DNA from: an uncultured Pseudomonadota bacterium
GTDB lineage: Bacteria > Pseudomonadota > Alphaproteobacteria > JACZXZ01
Assembly (NCBI GenBank): GCA_963749075.1
Contig: CAVVLJ010000017.1
Location: forward strand, 704,001 to 768,000
Direction: 5' to 3'
Length of the DNA: 64,000 bases
This document shows positions 28,753 to 37,265 of this stretch, in pieces; positions within the stretch are counted from its first letter, which is position 1; the number at the start of each line of letters is the position of its first letter. The translations under genes were made by a program, and so were the position numbers. The notes under the pieces were generated by a model. That model did not search any database. It saw only the letters and a program-made list of their open reading frames with translations, and was not told where the DNA came from.

Positions 28753-29694
28753 TCAAACGGTCTTGAGGAAGGCCTCGATGTCGGCCGGCGTCTGCAGCGA
28801 CACCGCGTCGAGCTCGCGCGCGATGCGCCGCGTCAGTCCCGACAGCACCTTGCCCGAGCCGATCTCGACGAGCTGCGCGATCTCGGCCTCCTTCATCGCG
28901 AGCACGCATTCGCGCCAGCGCACGCGCGCCGTCACCTGCTCGACGAGGAGGTTCCTGATCGCCAGCACGTCGCTCACCGCGGCCGCCGTCACGTTGGCGA
29001 CGAGGGGGACCGCCGGCGCCTCCATGGCGACGCGCGCGAGCGCCTCAGCCATGGCGTCGGCCGCCGGCCGCATGAGCGCGCAATGGAAGGGGGCGCTCAC
29101 CGGCAGCATGATGGCGCGCGCGCCGGCGCGCGTTTGCGCGAGCTTGACCGCGCGCTCGACCGCCGACTTGTGACCGCTCACCACCACCTGTCCCGGCGCA
29201 TTGTCGTTGGCGACCGCGAGGACCTCGTCCTCGGCCGCCTCCTTGGCGATCTCCTCGGCCGCGGCGAGATCGCTGCCGAGGAGGGCCGCCATGGCCCCCT
29301 CCCCCACGGGCACGGCCTTCTGCATCGCCTGGCCGCGCGTCTTGAGGAGGCGCGCCGCGTCGGCGAGCGCGAAGGTGGCGGCAGCTGCTAGCGCCGAGTA
29401 CTCGCCGAGCGAATGGCCCGCCACCAGATCGGCACCCTCGGGCAGCGCCAGGCCGCCGTCCGTGGCCAGCACGCGATAGGCGGCGAGGCTCGCGGTCATC
29501 AGCGCCGGCTGGGCGTTCTCGGTCAGCGTGAGCTCGCTTTCCGGCCCCTCGAACATCAGCCTGGAGAGCCGCTGGCCGAGCGCCTCGTCGACCTCCTCGA
29601 AGACGAGGCGCGCCGTGGGGAAGCTCTCGTAGAGCTCGCGGCCCATGCCGACGGCCTGTGAACCTTGTCCGGGAAAGACGAATGCGCGCGCCAT
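28753..29694 (-). CDS. fabD: Malonyl-CoA-ACP transacylase
   Basis: FPGQGSQ, GHSLGEY, VSAPFH. Confidence 0.98.
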   Translation of the reverse strand: MARAFVFPGQGSQAVGMGRELYESFPTARLVFEEVDEALGQRLSRLMFEGPESELTLTENAQPALMTASLAAYRVLATDGGLALPEGADLVAGHSLGEYSALAAAATFALADAARLLKTRGQAMQKAVPVGEGAMAALLGSDLAAAEEIAKEAAEDEVLAVANDNAPGQVVVSGHKSAVERAVKLAQTRAGARAIMLPVSAPFHCALMRPAADAMAEALARVAMEAPAVPLVANVTAAAVSDVLAIRNLLVEQVTARVRWRECVLAMKEAEIAQLVEIGSGKVLSGLTRRIARELDAVSLQTPADIEAFLKTV

Positions 29695-29748
29695 GAAAAC
29701 CGGGGAAATTGGCCTGCGGCCGGCCGGCCGGCCGAACCGGGGCAGGAA

Positions 29749-29777
29749 CTCATAGCGTCAAATGCGCACATGTCAAG
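29749..29777 (-). promoter_or_regulatory. Putative sigma70 promoter of fabD
   Basis: Minus strand CTTGACA-N16-TATGAG upstream of fabD. Confidence 0.4.
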
Positions 29778-29913
29778 CAAAGCCGACGCCAGGCAGGGGC
29801 CTCGGCAAGCAAAAGCCAAGGAATCGCGGCACCTCCGCCGGGCGGGATGGCGCCCGCATTGTTGATCGGGATATCGAGCGGCGCCCCGTCGCGCGAGAGG
29901 CTGCACGCAGGTA

Positions 29914-30924
29914 CTAGGTGCTGAACGCGCGCGCCGCAGCCCGCACCTTCTCCGCGTCGAAGGCGTTGAAGCGCTCGACGAAGGCCGCCGTGTAGAAGAG
30001 CTTGGGATCGAGCCGGCGGTGGACGGCGCCCGACGCCATGAGAAAATCCTGCCAGGCCACGATCTCGCTCTCCTCGATCGTGCCCCAGCGCGGGTCGGGG
30101 TCGGCCGGAGCGATGGCGAAGGCCGCGAGCCGCGCCTTCATGATCTCGAGATCGCGGCAGAGGATGCGGTCGTGCTCGGCCCGGCTCGGCCGCGTCTCGG
30201 GATGCTGCCGCCACATGAGACGCACCGCGGCCTCGGGGTTCTCGAGCGCGAAGACGATCGCCTTGGCGATCGCGCGGCCGCTCCCGATCAGCGCCAAGCC
30301 GTGATCCTCGAGGTAGGTTTGCGCGGTCCACAGGCACGAGGAGAGACGGATGCGGTCGAGCGCCCGCGACGGCAGGCGCCGGAGCGGCAGCCCTTCTGCT
30401 ACGAAGTCGCCGTGGTTCCAATCGATGAGGAAGACCGCATCGACCTCGCCTTTCCTGAGAGGTTCCAGCATCGCGCGCGTCGCCATGCCCGAGCCGCGCC
30501 AGGGCACCCAGCGGTAGCTGCCGGGTGCAACGCCTTCCTCGGCGAGCGCCGCCTCGGCGAGCGGCTGCAAATGGGCAAAGTCGCAGGCCAAGACCTTGCC
30601 CGCGAGGTCCGGCAGCGCCTTGAGCGGGCTCTCCGGCACCACCGCGAACCAACGGTGCGTGCGCCGCGCCTTGCCGTAGAAGGCGACCATGGGCAGGCCC
30701 TCGTCGCGGCCGAGGAGACCCACGGTCGTGTTGAGCGAGGCGATGTGGCAGGTGCCGCTTGAGAGGGCCGCCGCCGTGGCGCCGGGCTCGCCGCCGTAAT
30801 AGATGTCGAACTCGAGGCCTTCCTCGCGGTCGTAGCCGAGCGCCGCGGCGGCGCTGAAATAGCCGTTCGCCGCCGTCATGCCCGGCGGCGTGGCGACGCC
30901 GATCGTGACCTTTTCGCGTGCCAT
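29914..30924 (-). CDS. NMT1/THI5/SsuA-type periplasmic-binding-fold protein with no signal peptide
   Basis: LGYDREEGLE, SPLKALPDLAGK, GEVDA, ALENPEAA, FYTAAF pattern; no hydrophobic N-terminus. Confidence 0.8.
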   Translation of the reverse strand: MAREKVTIGVATPPGMTAANGYFSAAAALGYDREEGLEFDIYYGGEPGATAAALSSGTCHIASLNTTVGLLGRDEGLPMVAFYGKARRTHRWFAVVPESPLKALPDLAGKVLACDFAHLQPLAEAALAEEGVAPGSYRWVPWRGSGMATRAMLEPLRKGEVDAVFLIDWNHGDFVAEGLPLRRLPSRALDRIRLSSCLWTAQTYLEDHGLALIGSGRAIAKAIVFALENPEAAVRLMWRQHPETRPSRAEHDRILCRDLEIMKARLAAFAIAPADPDPRWGTIEESEIVAWQDFLMASGAVHRRLDPKLFYTAAFVERFNAFDAEKVRAAARAFST

Positions 30925-31053
30925 GCGCAGCGTTCCCCCTCGAACTATCGGCGGTGCACGATACTCGCGGTGACGAGGAGCGCCGCTCATTTTGGCAGAG
31001 CCGTCTTTTAGGGAGTGCTGCGGAAAGCTGTCAAGGCGGCGCCGCGCCGATCT

Positions 31054-31079
31054 CCCTCTTCTCCTGAAGGAGGAGAGGG
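31054..31079. repeat. Palindromic intergenic repeat, family A copy 1
   Basis: CCCTCTTCTCCTGAAGGAGGAGAGGG; related copies at 41847 and 57138. Confidence 0.8.
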
Positions 31080-31087
31080 GGTGCCCC

Positions 31088-32179
31088 TCAGAACACCGGC
31101 ACGATGTCCGCCGGGTCGAAGGGCACGGCCGCGCCGTCGATGCCGATCTCGGGGATGCCGGGAAACGTGATGCCGTGGGGCTCGACGAGGCCCTTCATGC
31201 GCAGGAGTGCCGTCCGCCAGTTCTCGCGGCGCTCCTCGAGGCTGAGGATGCCGAGGCCGGCGCCGCGCGCCGCCTCCTCGAGGAGGCGGTGGGCCGGGCG
31301 CCAGGTGGCGGGGAGCTCCCAGAACTCGGCCGGAGGCTCGTAGAGGATGCCCGAGAGGAAGATGAAGCCGGCGCGGAGTTGCTTGGTAATGGTTGCCTTC
31401 TCGGACGGCGCCAGCTTGGGGAGGATGTTCTCGAGGAGGGTCAGGCAGATGCGCAGGTGGCGCGATTCGTCCTGGCCCACGCGGCGGAAGGCCTCCTTGA
31501 AGACGGGGATCGTGGAGCGCTGGTGCATCTGCTGGAAAAGCGTCGCGGCGGCGATCTCGCCCATGAGGAAGGAGGTGAAGAGGATCGCCAGCGGATGGCG
31601 GCCAATGCCGCCCTTGAAGGCCTGCCAATAGCGCGCACCGTTGTGGAAGTACCAGCGCACGTTGTTTTGCGCCAAGCGGCCGAGCGGGGTCTCCGGCACG
31701 AAGCCGAGCGGGCCGCCGGGCGTCATGATCTCGATGGCGCGCTGGCACACCTCCTCGTGGTTCACCTCGTCGCGGGTGATGAGGAAGAAGCACTTGCGCA
31801 CCGGGTCCTCGGCATGGGTCTCGTAAGTGTGGATCATGGCGCGCGCGAAGACCGCGGGGCCCGAGCTGTCGAAGACCGAGAGGAGGCCGAACCAATAGGC
31901 GATTGCATAGCGCTGGTCGAGGGTGAAGGCCGCGGGGTCGAGCGTCTCCCAGGGGAGCTTGTTGGGGAACCACGTCTGCTCGCGCGCCGCGTCGTAGAGC
32001 TTCAAGAGCTTGGGCGTATCCGTATGCCACTCGATGGGGAAGATGTTGTCCGCGGGAAAGGCCGGCGGCTCCTCGGCGCCGTAGAGGATCTGCTCGGGCG
32101 AGGGCGGCAGCGCCCCGTCCGCGGGGGCTGCGGCCGTGCGGCGCTCGAGCTCCTCGGCCGGCGTGCTGGTGGTGGCCAT
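31088..32179 (-). CDS. Ferritin-like diiron-carboxylate protein (R2/AurF/BMM superfamily), function unknown
   Basis: Two ExxH motifs (RDEVNHE, QDESRH) plus SVFDSS and MGEIAA at ligand-like spacing. Confidence 0.8.
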   Translation of the reverse strand: MATTSTPAEELERRTAAAPADGALPPSPEQILYGAEEPPAFPADNIFPIEWHTDTPKLLKLYDAAREQTWFPNKLPWETLDPAAFTLDQRYAIAYWFGLLSVFDSSGPAVFARAMIHTYETHAEDPVRKCFFLITRDEVNHEEVCQRAIEIMTPGGPLGFVPETPLGRLAQNNVRWYFHNGARYWQAFKGGIGRHPLAILFTSFLMGEIAAATLFQQMHQRSTIPVFKEAFRRVGQDESRHLRICLTLLENILPKLAPSEKATITKQLRAGFIFLSGILYEPPAEFWELPATWRPAHRLLEEAARGAGLGILSLEERRENWRTALLRMKGLVEPHGITFPGIPEIGIDGAAVPFDPADIVPVF

Positions 32180-32283
32180 CGTTTCTCTCCCGTGCCAGGC
32201 GGAGCGCATGCGGCGCCGCGCGATATGATTAAGAGACTCTAGCAACACATATGGGCAAAGTGAAACATAAGGCCGCCGTCTCA

Positions 32284-33399
32284 TCAGCCGCCGTCGAGGC
32301 GGCGCATCACCTCCTCGGCGATCGCCATGGAGGCCGTGAGGCCGGGCAATTCGATGCCGTAGAGGTTGACGAGATTGGCGATGCCATGCGTCGCCGGGCC
32401 CTGGATGAGGAAATCCTCGGGCGTCCCGCCGGGCTTCTGCAGCTTGGGCCGCACGCCGGCGTAGCCGGGCTGCAGCGTGCCGTCCTTGAGGCCGGGATAG
32501 TAATGGCGGATCGTCGCGTAGAACTTGGCCGCACGGTCCTGCGGCACGTCGTAGTCGATGCGGTCGACCCATTCGACGTCGGGTCCGAAGCGCACCTGGC
32601 CCGCCAGGTCGACGGTGACGTGGAGCCCGAGGCTCGCGAACTTCACCTCGGGCGCCGGATAGATGAGGTGCTCGAAGGGCGGCTTGCCTTCGAGAGTGAA
32701 ATAGCAGCCCTTGGCGAGGTAGCGCCGGGGGATGCTCTCGGGCGGGATGCCCTCGATGGCGCGGGCGACTTCCTGGGCCCAGAGGCCGGCGCTGTTGACG
32801 AGGATGCGCGCCGCGATCTGGGTCGGCTCGGCGCCGCCCACCTCGAGGAGGAAGCCCTCCTTCTCGACCCAGCCGGCCACCACCGGGCTATTGAACGCGA
32901 TCATGACGCCGTGGTCCTCGGCGTCGCCCTGGTAGGCCAGCATGAGCCCATGGCTGTCCATGGTGCCGGTCGAGGGCGAGAGGAGGGCCGCGTGGCAATT
33001 GAGCTCAGGCTCCATGGTCTTGGCCGTGCGCTCGTCGAGCCAGACAAGATCGGCAACGCCGTTCTCAGCCGCCTTCTTCTCGAGCCGCTCGAGGGAGGCG
33101 AGCTCGCCCGGCTCGGTCGCCACGATGAGCTTGCCCACGCGGCGGTGCTGCACGCCGTGGGCCGGGAGATAGCCGTAGAGCAGCTCCTTGCCGCGCACGC
33201 AGAGCCGCGCCTTGAGCGAGCCGGTCGCGTAATAGATGCCGGCGTGGATGACCTCGCTGTTGCGCGAGCTCGTCTCGGTGCCGATCTGCGCCGCCTTCTC
33301 GAGCACGATCACCTCGCGCCCGGCCATCGCGAGGGCGCGTGCCGTGGCGAGCCCGACAACGCCCGCGCCGATCACCACGCACTCCACCCGCTCGACCAT
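32284..33399 (-). CDS. FAD-dependent oxidoreductase, L-2-hydroxyglutarate oxidase (LhgO)-like
   Basis: IGAGVVG, ETSSRNSEVIHAGIYY, LGLHVTVDL, FGPDVE, YAGVRPK, GIELPGLT. Confidence 0.9.
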   Translation of the reverse strand: MVERVECVVIGAGVVGLATARALAMAGREVIVLEKAAQIGTETSSRNSEVIHAGIYYATGSLKARLCVRGKELLYGYLPAHGVQHRRVGKLIVATEPGELASLERLEKKAAENGVADLVWLDERTAKTMEPELNCHAALLSPSTGTMDSHGLMLAYQGDAEDHGVMIAFNSPVVAGWVEKEGFLLEVGGAEPTQIAARILVNSAGLWAQEVARAIEGIPPESIPRRYLAKGCYFTLEGKPPFEHLIYPAPEVKFASLGLHVTVDLAGQVRFGPDVEWVDRIDYDVPQDRAAKFYATIRHYYPGLKDGTLQPGYAGVRPKLQKPGGTPEDFLIQGPATHGIANLVNLYGIELPGLTASMAIAEEVMRRLDGG

Positions 33400-33595
33400 G
33401 CCGCCGGCCCGTCCGCTCCAAAGGAAGCCGCCGGAGAATGGCGAGCGAGGGGGTGGCGGTCAAGTTTCGTGGGCCAGGGGCCAATTGGGCTCGGCGGGCA
33501 GGCGGGAGTGCAGGGCGGGATGCATTGTGTGCATGGTGTGCGCTTGCGCGGGGGCCTACATAACGCCGATAGTCGTGCTGGGAGGCGGTCGGGCC

Positions 33596-34027
33596 ATGTC
33601 GAGATCGCGGTCGCTGGCGGCGCTCATTTGTCTCGTCGGGCTGGCGCTTGGCTCGGGCGGCGCTGCGCTCGCCGAGGGGGCGAAGCACCAGATCGAGAGG
33701 GGCTCTGCCATCGGAACGCCGCTTCCGGTGGAGAAGGTCGAGGCGGCACCGATCCCACCGCCGCCTTACTCCGAGGCGGAGAAGGCGGCACTCGCCAAAC
33801 TCGATCAGACCACAAGCACGCTCGGCAGCTTGCGCGACCGACTGGCCAGGGAGCTCGACGGGCTCACCACCGTCATGAGCTGGCTCATCTGCCTCGCGGC
33901 AGTGCAGCTCGTCGTGCTCGGCGTGCAGCTCCTGGTGCTGCGCCGCATCCGGCGGCCGGCGGCACCCCCGGCGGGGGCGGCAGCACCGCCCGCCCAGCCC
34001 TCGGCACCCTCTGCCAAGAAGGCCTAG
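33596..34027 (+). CDS. Hypothetical exported/membrane protein
   Basis: GGAGG RBS; signal peptide, Pro-rich linker, coiled-coil-like helix, C-terminal TM helix and basic tail. Confidence 0.7.
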   Translation: MSRSRSLAALICLVGLALGSGGAALAEGAKHQIERGSAIGTPLPVEKVEAAPIPPPPYSEAEKAALAKLDQTTSTLGSLRDRLARELDGLTTVMSWLICLAAVQLVVLGVQLLVLRRIRRPAAPPAGAAAPPAQPSAPSAKKA

Positions 34028-34488
34028 CGTCCGTCCGCCGGCGGCTCCACCGTCACGCCGGTGTTGACGGAGCTGGCGATGAAGCACTGGCCGTGCGCCA
34101 GGTGGTGCAGCTCGGCGAGCAACGCGCCGTCCACTTCCGCGCCGGCTGCGAAACGGATGCGCGGACGCAGGTTGACGCGCGCCATCCATAGCTTGCCCGC
34201 CCCGCCCTTCTCGAGAAAGCCCACCGCCTCGTCCTCGTAAGCGTCGACCGCGAGCCGCTTGCGCGCGCAGATCGCGAGGAAGGTCAGCATGTGGCAGCTC
34301 GAGAGCGAGGCGACATAGGCCTCCTCGGGATCGACCCGCTCGGCGTCGCCCTTGAAGGCGGGTGCCGACGAGGCGGCCAGCACGACGGCGCCGCTCTTGA
34401 AGCGCATCTCATGGGCGCGGTTGTAGCTCTCGTAGGTGAAATCGCTGCTGGTGCGCTTCCAGGCGACGGCGGCGTGATGCTCGGACAT
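34024..34488 (-). CDS. OsmC family protein
   Basis: YNRAH, DPEEAYVASLSSCHMLTFL, AHGQCFIASSV. Confidence 0.92.
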   Translation of the reverse strand: MSEHHAAVAWKRTSSDFTYESYNRAHEMRFKSGAVVLAASSAPAFKGDAERVDPEEAYVASLSSCHMLTFLAICARKRLAVDAYEDEAVGFLEKGGAGKLWMARVNLRPRIRFAAGAEVDGALLAELHHLAHGQCFIASSVNTGVTVEPPADGR

Positions 34489-34659
34489 GGCGCTCTCCTT
34501 CGGGGTCCGCCTCATTTTCCCTCCCGGCGAGGCGGAAGGAAAGGCCGGCCCGGCTGCGGATTCTGCCGGGCGAGGGGCATGACGCAGGGGTCTACCGCCT
34601 TTCCGCCCGGCCGCTTTCGGCGTATATCTCTCTACGGTCCCAACCGGAGATGGCCCGCG

Positions 34660-36756
34660 ATGCCCTTCGATCCGCCCGAGCCGATTGCCACGAGGCGCAA
34701 CGTCGAGCTCTTCGCCTCCACCTGCCCGCACGACTGCCCGTCCGTCTGCGCGCTCGAGGTGGAGCGGCTCGATCCCTACACCATCGGCCGCGTGCACGGC
34801 GCAAAGGACAACAGCTACACGGCCGGCGTCGTGTGCGCCAAGGTGGCGCGCTATGCCGAGCGCATCCATCATCCCGGCCGCCTCAAGACGCCGCTCCGCC
34901 GGGTGGGCGAGAAGGGTATCGGCATGGCCGCGTTCCAGCCGCTCTCCTGGGACGACGCGCTCGACGAGGTGGCGCACCACCTCGAGCGCGCCGCGGAGAA
35001 ATACGGGCCCGAGACCGTGTGGCCCTACTTCTACGCCGGCACCATGGGCTTAGTGCAGCGCGACGGCATCGAGCGGCTGCGCCACGTGATGAAGTACTCG
35101 CGCCAGCACAGCACGATCTGCGTCACCCTCTCGGATACCGGCTGGCTCGCGGGTGCCGGCTTCAAGCGCGGCGTGGACGCGCGGGAGATCGCGGAGTCCG
35201 ACCTTGTGGTGGTGTGGGGCGGCAATCCGGTGCATACCCAGGTCAACGTGATGCACCACATCGCACTCGCGCGGAAGGAGCGCGGCGCCAAGCTCGTCGT
35301 CGTCGATCCCTACCGCACGCCGACCGCCGAGCAGGCCGACCTCCACGTCATGGTGCGGCCGGGGAGCGATGGTGCGCTTGCCGCCGCCATGATGCACGTG
35401 CTCTTCAAGGAGGGCTATGCCGACTGGGACTATCTCGAGCGCCACACGGATGCGCCGCGCGAGCTCGTGGCACACCTCAAGACGCGCACGCCCGAATGGG
35501 CGAGCGCCATCACCGGCCTCCCGCCCGAGGAGATCGCCGCCTTCGCGCGGCTCTACGGTGCCGCCAAGCGCAGCTACATCCGCATCGGCTACGGCTTCTC
35601 GCGCTCGAGGAATGGTGCCCAGCAGATGCACGCGGTGGCCTCGCTTCCCGCCGTCACCGGCGCCTGGCGCCACCGCGGCGGCGGGGCGCTCTACGGCCAG
35701 AGCGGCATCTATGCCGTCGACAGGACGCTCATCCAGGGCCTCGACGCGCTCGACGAGAGGGTGCGCCTGCTCGACCAGTCGCGCATGGGCCCGATCCTCG
35801 CGGGCGACCCGCGCGATCTCGGCGAAGGCCCGCCGGTCACAGCGCTCTTCATCCAGAACACCAACCCGGTCGCCGTCTGCCCCGAGGGCCTCAAGGTGCG
35901 CGAGGGCTTCGCGCGCAAGGATCTCTTCGTCGCCGTGCACGAGCAGTTCATGACCGAGACCGCGGCCATGGCCGACATCGTGCTGCCGGCCACCACCTTC
36001 CTCGAGCACGACGATTTCTACGTCGCGAGCGGCCACACCTTCCTCCAGGTGACCAAGAAGGTGGTCGAGCCCGTGGGCGGGAGCCGCTCCAACCACGACG
36101 TGCTGTGCTGCCTCGCGAGCCGCCTCGGCGCCCGCCATGCCGGCTTCGAGATGAGCGCCTGGGAGATGATGGACGCCACCTTGAAGGCGAGCGGCCTGCC
36201 CGACGCGGAGACCGCCTACCGCATGCGCTGGATCGATTGCGGCTACGCCTGGGAGGAGATGCATTTCCTGAACGGCTTCGGCCACGCCGACAAGAAGTTC
36301 CACTTCAAGGCGGACTGGGCGGCGCTCGGGCAGGATCACGCGCGCATGAGCCCCTTTCCCGACCACCTTGCGGTGATCGACGAGGCGACCAAGGAACGGC
36401 CGTTCCGCCTGGTGGCGGCACCCGCGCGCTCCTACCTCAACACCAGCTTCACCGAGACGCCGAGCTCGCAAGCGCGCGAGGGCCGCCCCACTGCACTCGT
36501 CCATCCCGACGATCTCGCGCGCCTCGGCGTCGGCGAGGGCGAGCGCCTGCGCCTCGGCAACGCGCAAGGCACGGTCGTGGTCCACGCCAAAGCCTTCGAC
36601 GGGCTGCAGCCGGGCGTCGTGGTGGTCGAGGGCATCTGGCCCAACGGCGCCTTCGCGGAGGGCCGCGGCATCAACACGCTCACCAGCGCCGATCCCGGCC
36701 TGCCCAAGGGCGGGGCGGTGTTCCACGACACGGCCGTGTGGCTCAGGCCGGCGTAG
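34660..36756 (+). CDS. Molybdopterin (bis-MGD) oxidoreductase catalytic subunit with 4Fe-4S motif
   Basis: CPHDCPSVC...CAK, SWDDAL, WGGNP, ADIVLPATT, C-terminal molybdopterin dinucleotide-binding domain. Confidence 0.92.
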   Translation: MPFDPPEPIATRRNVELFASTCPHDCPSVCALEVERLDPYTIGRVHGAKDNSYTAGVVCAKVARYAERIHHPGRLKTPLRRVGEKGIGMAAFQPLSWDDALDEVAHHLERAAEKYGPETVWPYFYAGTMGLVQRDGIERLRHVMKYSRQHSTICVTLSDTGWLAGAGFKRGVDAREIAESDLVVVWGGNPVHTQVNVMHHIALARKERGAKLVVVDPYRTPTAEQADLHVMVRPGSDGALAAAMMHVLFKEGYADWDYLERHTDAPRELVAHLKTRTPEWASAITGLPPEEIAAFARLYGAAKRSYIRIGYGFSRSRNGAQQMHAVASLPAVTGAWRHRGGGALYGQSGIYAVDRTLIQGLDALDERVRLLDQSRMGPILAGDPRDLGEGPPVTALFIQNTNPVAVCPEGLKVREGFARKDLFVAVHEQFMTETAAMADIVLPATTFLEHDDFYVASGHTFLQVTKKVVEPVGGSRSNHDVLCCLASRLGARHAGFEMSAWEMMDATLKASGLPDAETAYRMRWIDCGYAWEEMHFLNGFGHADKKFHFKADWAALGQDHARMSPFPDHLAVIDEATKERPFRLVAAPARSYLNTSFTETPSSQAREGRPTALVHPDDLARLGVGEGERLRLGNAQGTVVVHAKAFDGLQPGVVVVEGIWPNGAFAEGRGINTLTSADPGLPKGGAVFHDTAVWLRPA

Positions 36757-36839
36757 GGGTGCCGAGCGCTCCAGAGGCGCAAGCGGCGGAGCGCAATATC
36801 CGGTCGTCGCACATGTCGCTGGAAGGCGGTGGACAGTCC

Positions 36840-37205
36840 ATGGATCAGATTTTAGGGCTGCGGCCGTTCGCGCCGGCAAAGGACTTTGAGCTGTCCAAGC
36901 GCTTCTACCAGGCGCTGGGCTTCGCGCCGACGCATGAGCACGAGAATGTCTCGATGCTCAAGCTCGGCAGTTTCAGCTTCATCCTGCAGAATTTCTACGT
37001 GAAGGAGTTCGCGGACAACTGCATGGTCCAGCTGCTCGTTCGAAACGTGGACGCTTGGTGGCGCGGTATCGACGCCGCAAAGCTCATAGGCGATTTCTCT
37101 GTCAAGCCGCCGCGCACTCCCGCCATGCAAAGCTGGGGAATGAAGGTTGGGTTCGTCTTCGACCCGGCAGGGGTTCTCTGGCACGTGGCCAAGGTGCCCT
37201 TCTAG
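36840..37205 (+). CDS. VOC/glyoxalase family protein
   Basis: RPFAPAKDFELSKRFYQALGF, LQNFY, WG....DPAGVLWH. Confidence 0.88.
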   Translation: MDQILGLRPFAPAKDFELSKRFYQALGFAPTHEHENVSMLKLGSFSFILQNFYVKEFADNCMVQLLVRNVDAWWRGIDAAKLIGDFSVKPPRTPAMQSWGMKVGFVFDPAGVLWHVAKVPF

Positions 37206-37265
37206 GGGGGCGGGGCCCTCTCCGGCATAGCCGTCATCGGCGTCGCCGCTCCGCTCCGCCTCGAT

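Noticed and set aside
34650-37205. 851-aa ORF suggesting a large fusion ending in a glyoxalase domain
   Set aside because: Only the last 121 aa (from 36840) are protein-like; the rest is an off-frame read-through of the molybdopterin oxidoreductase.
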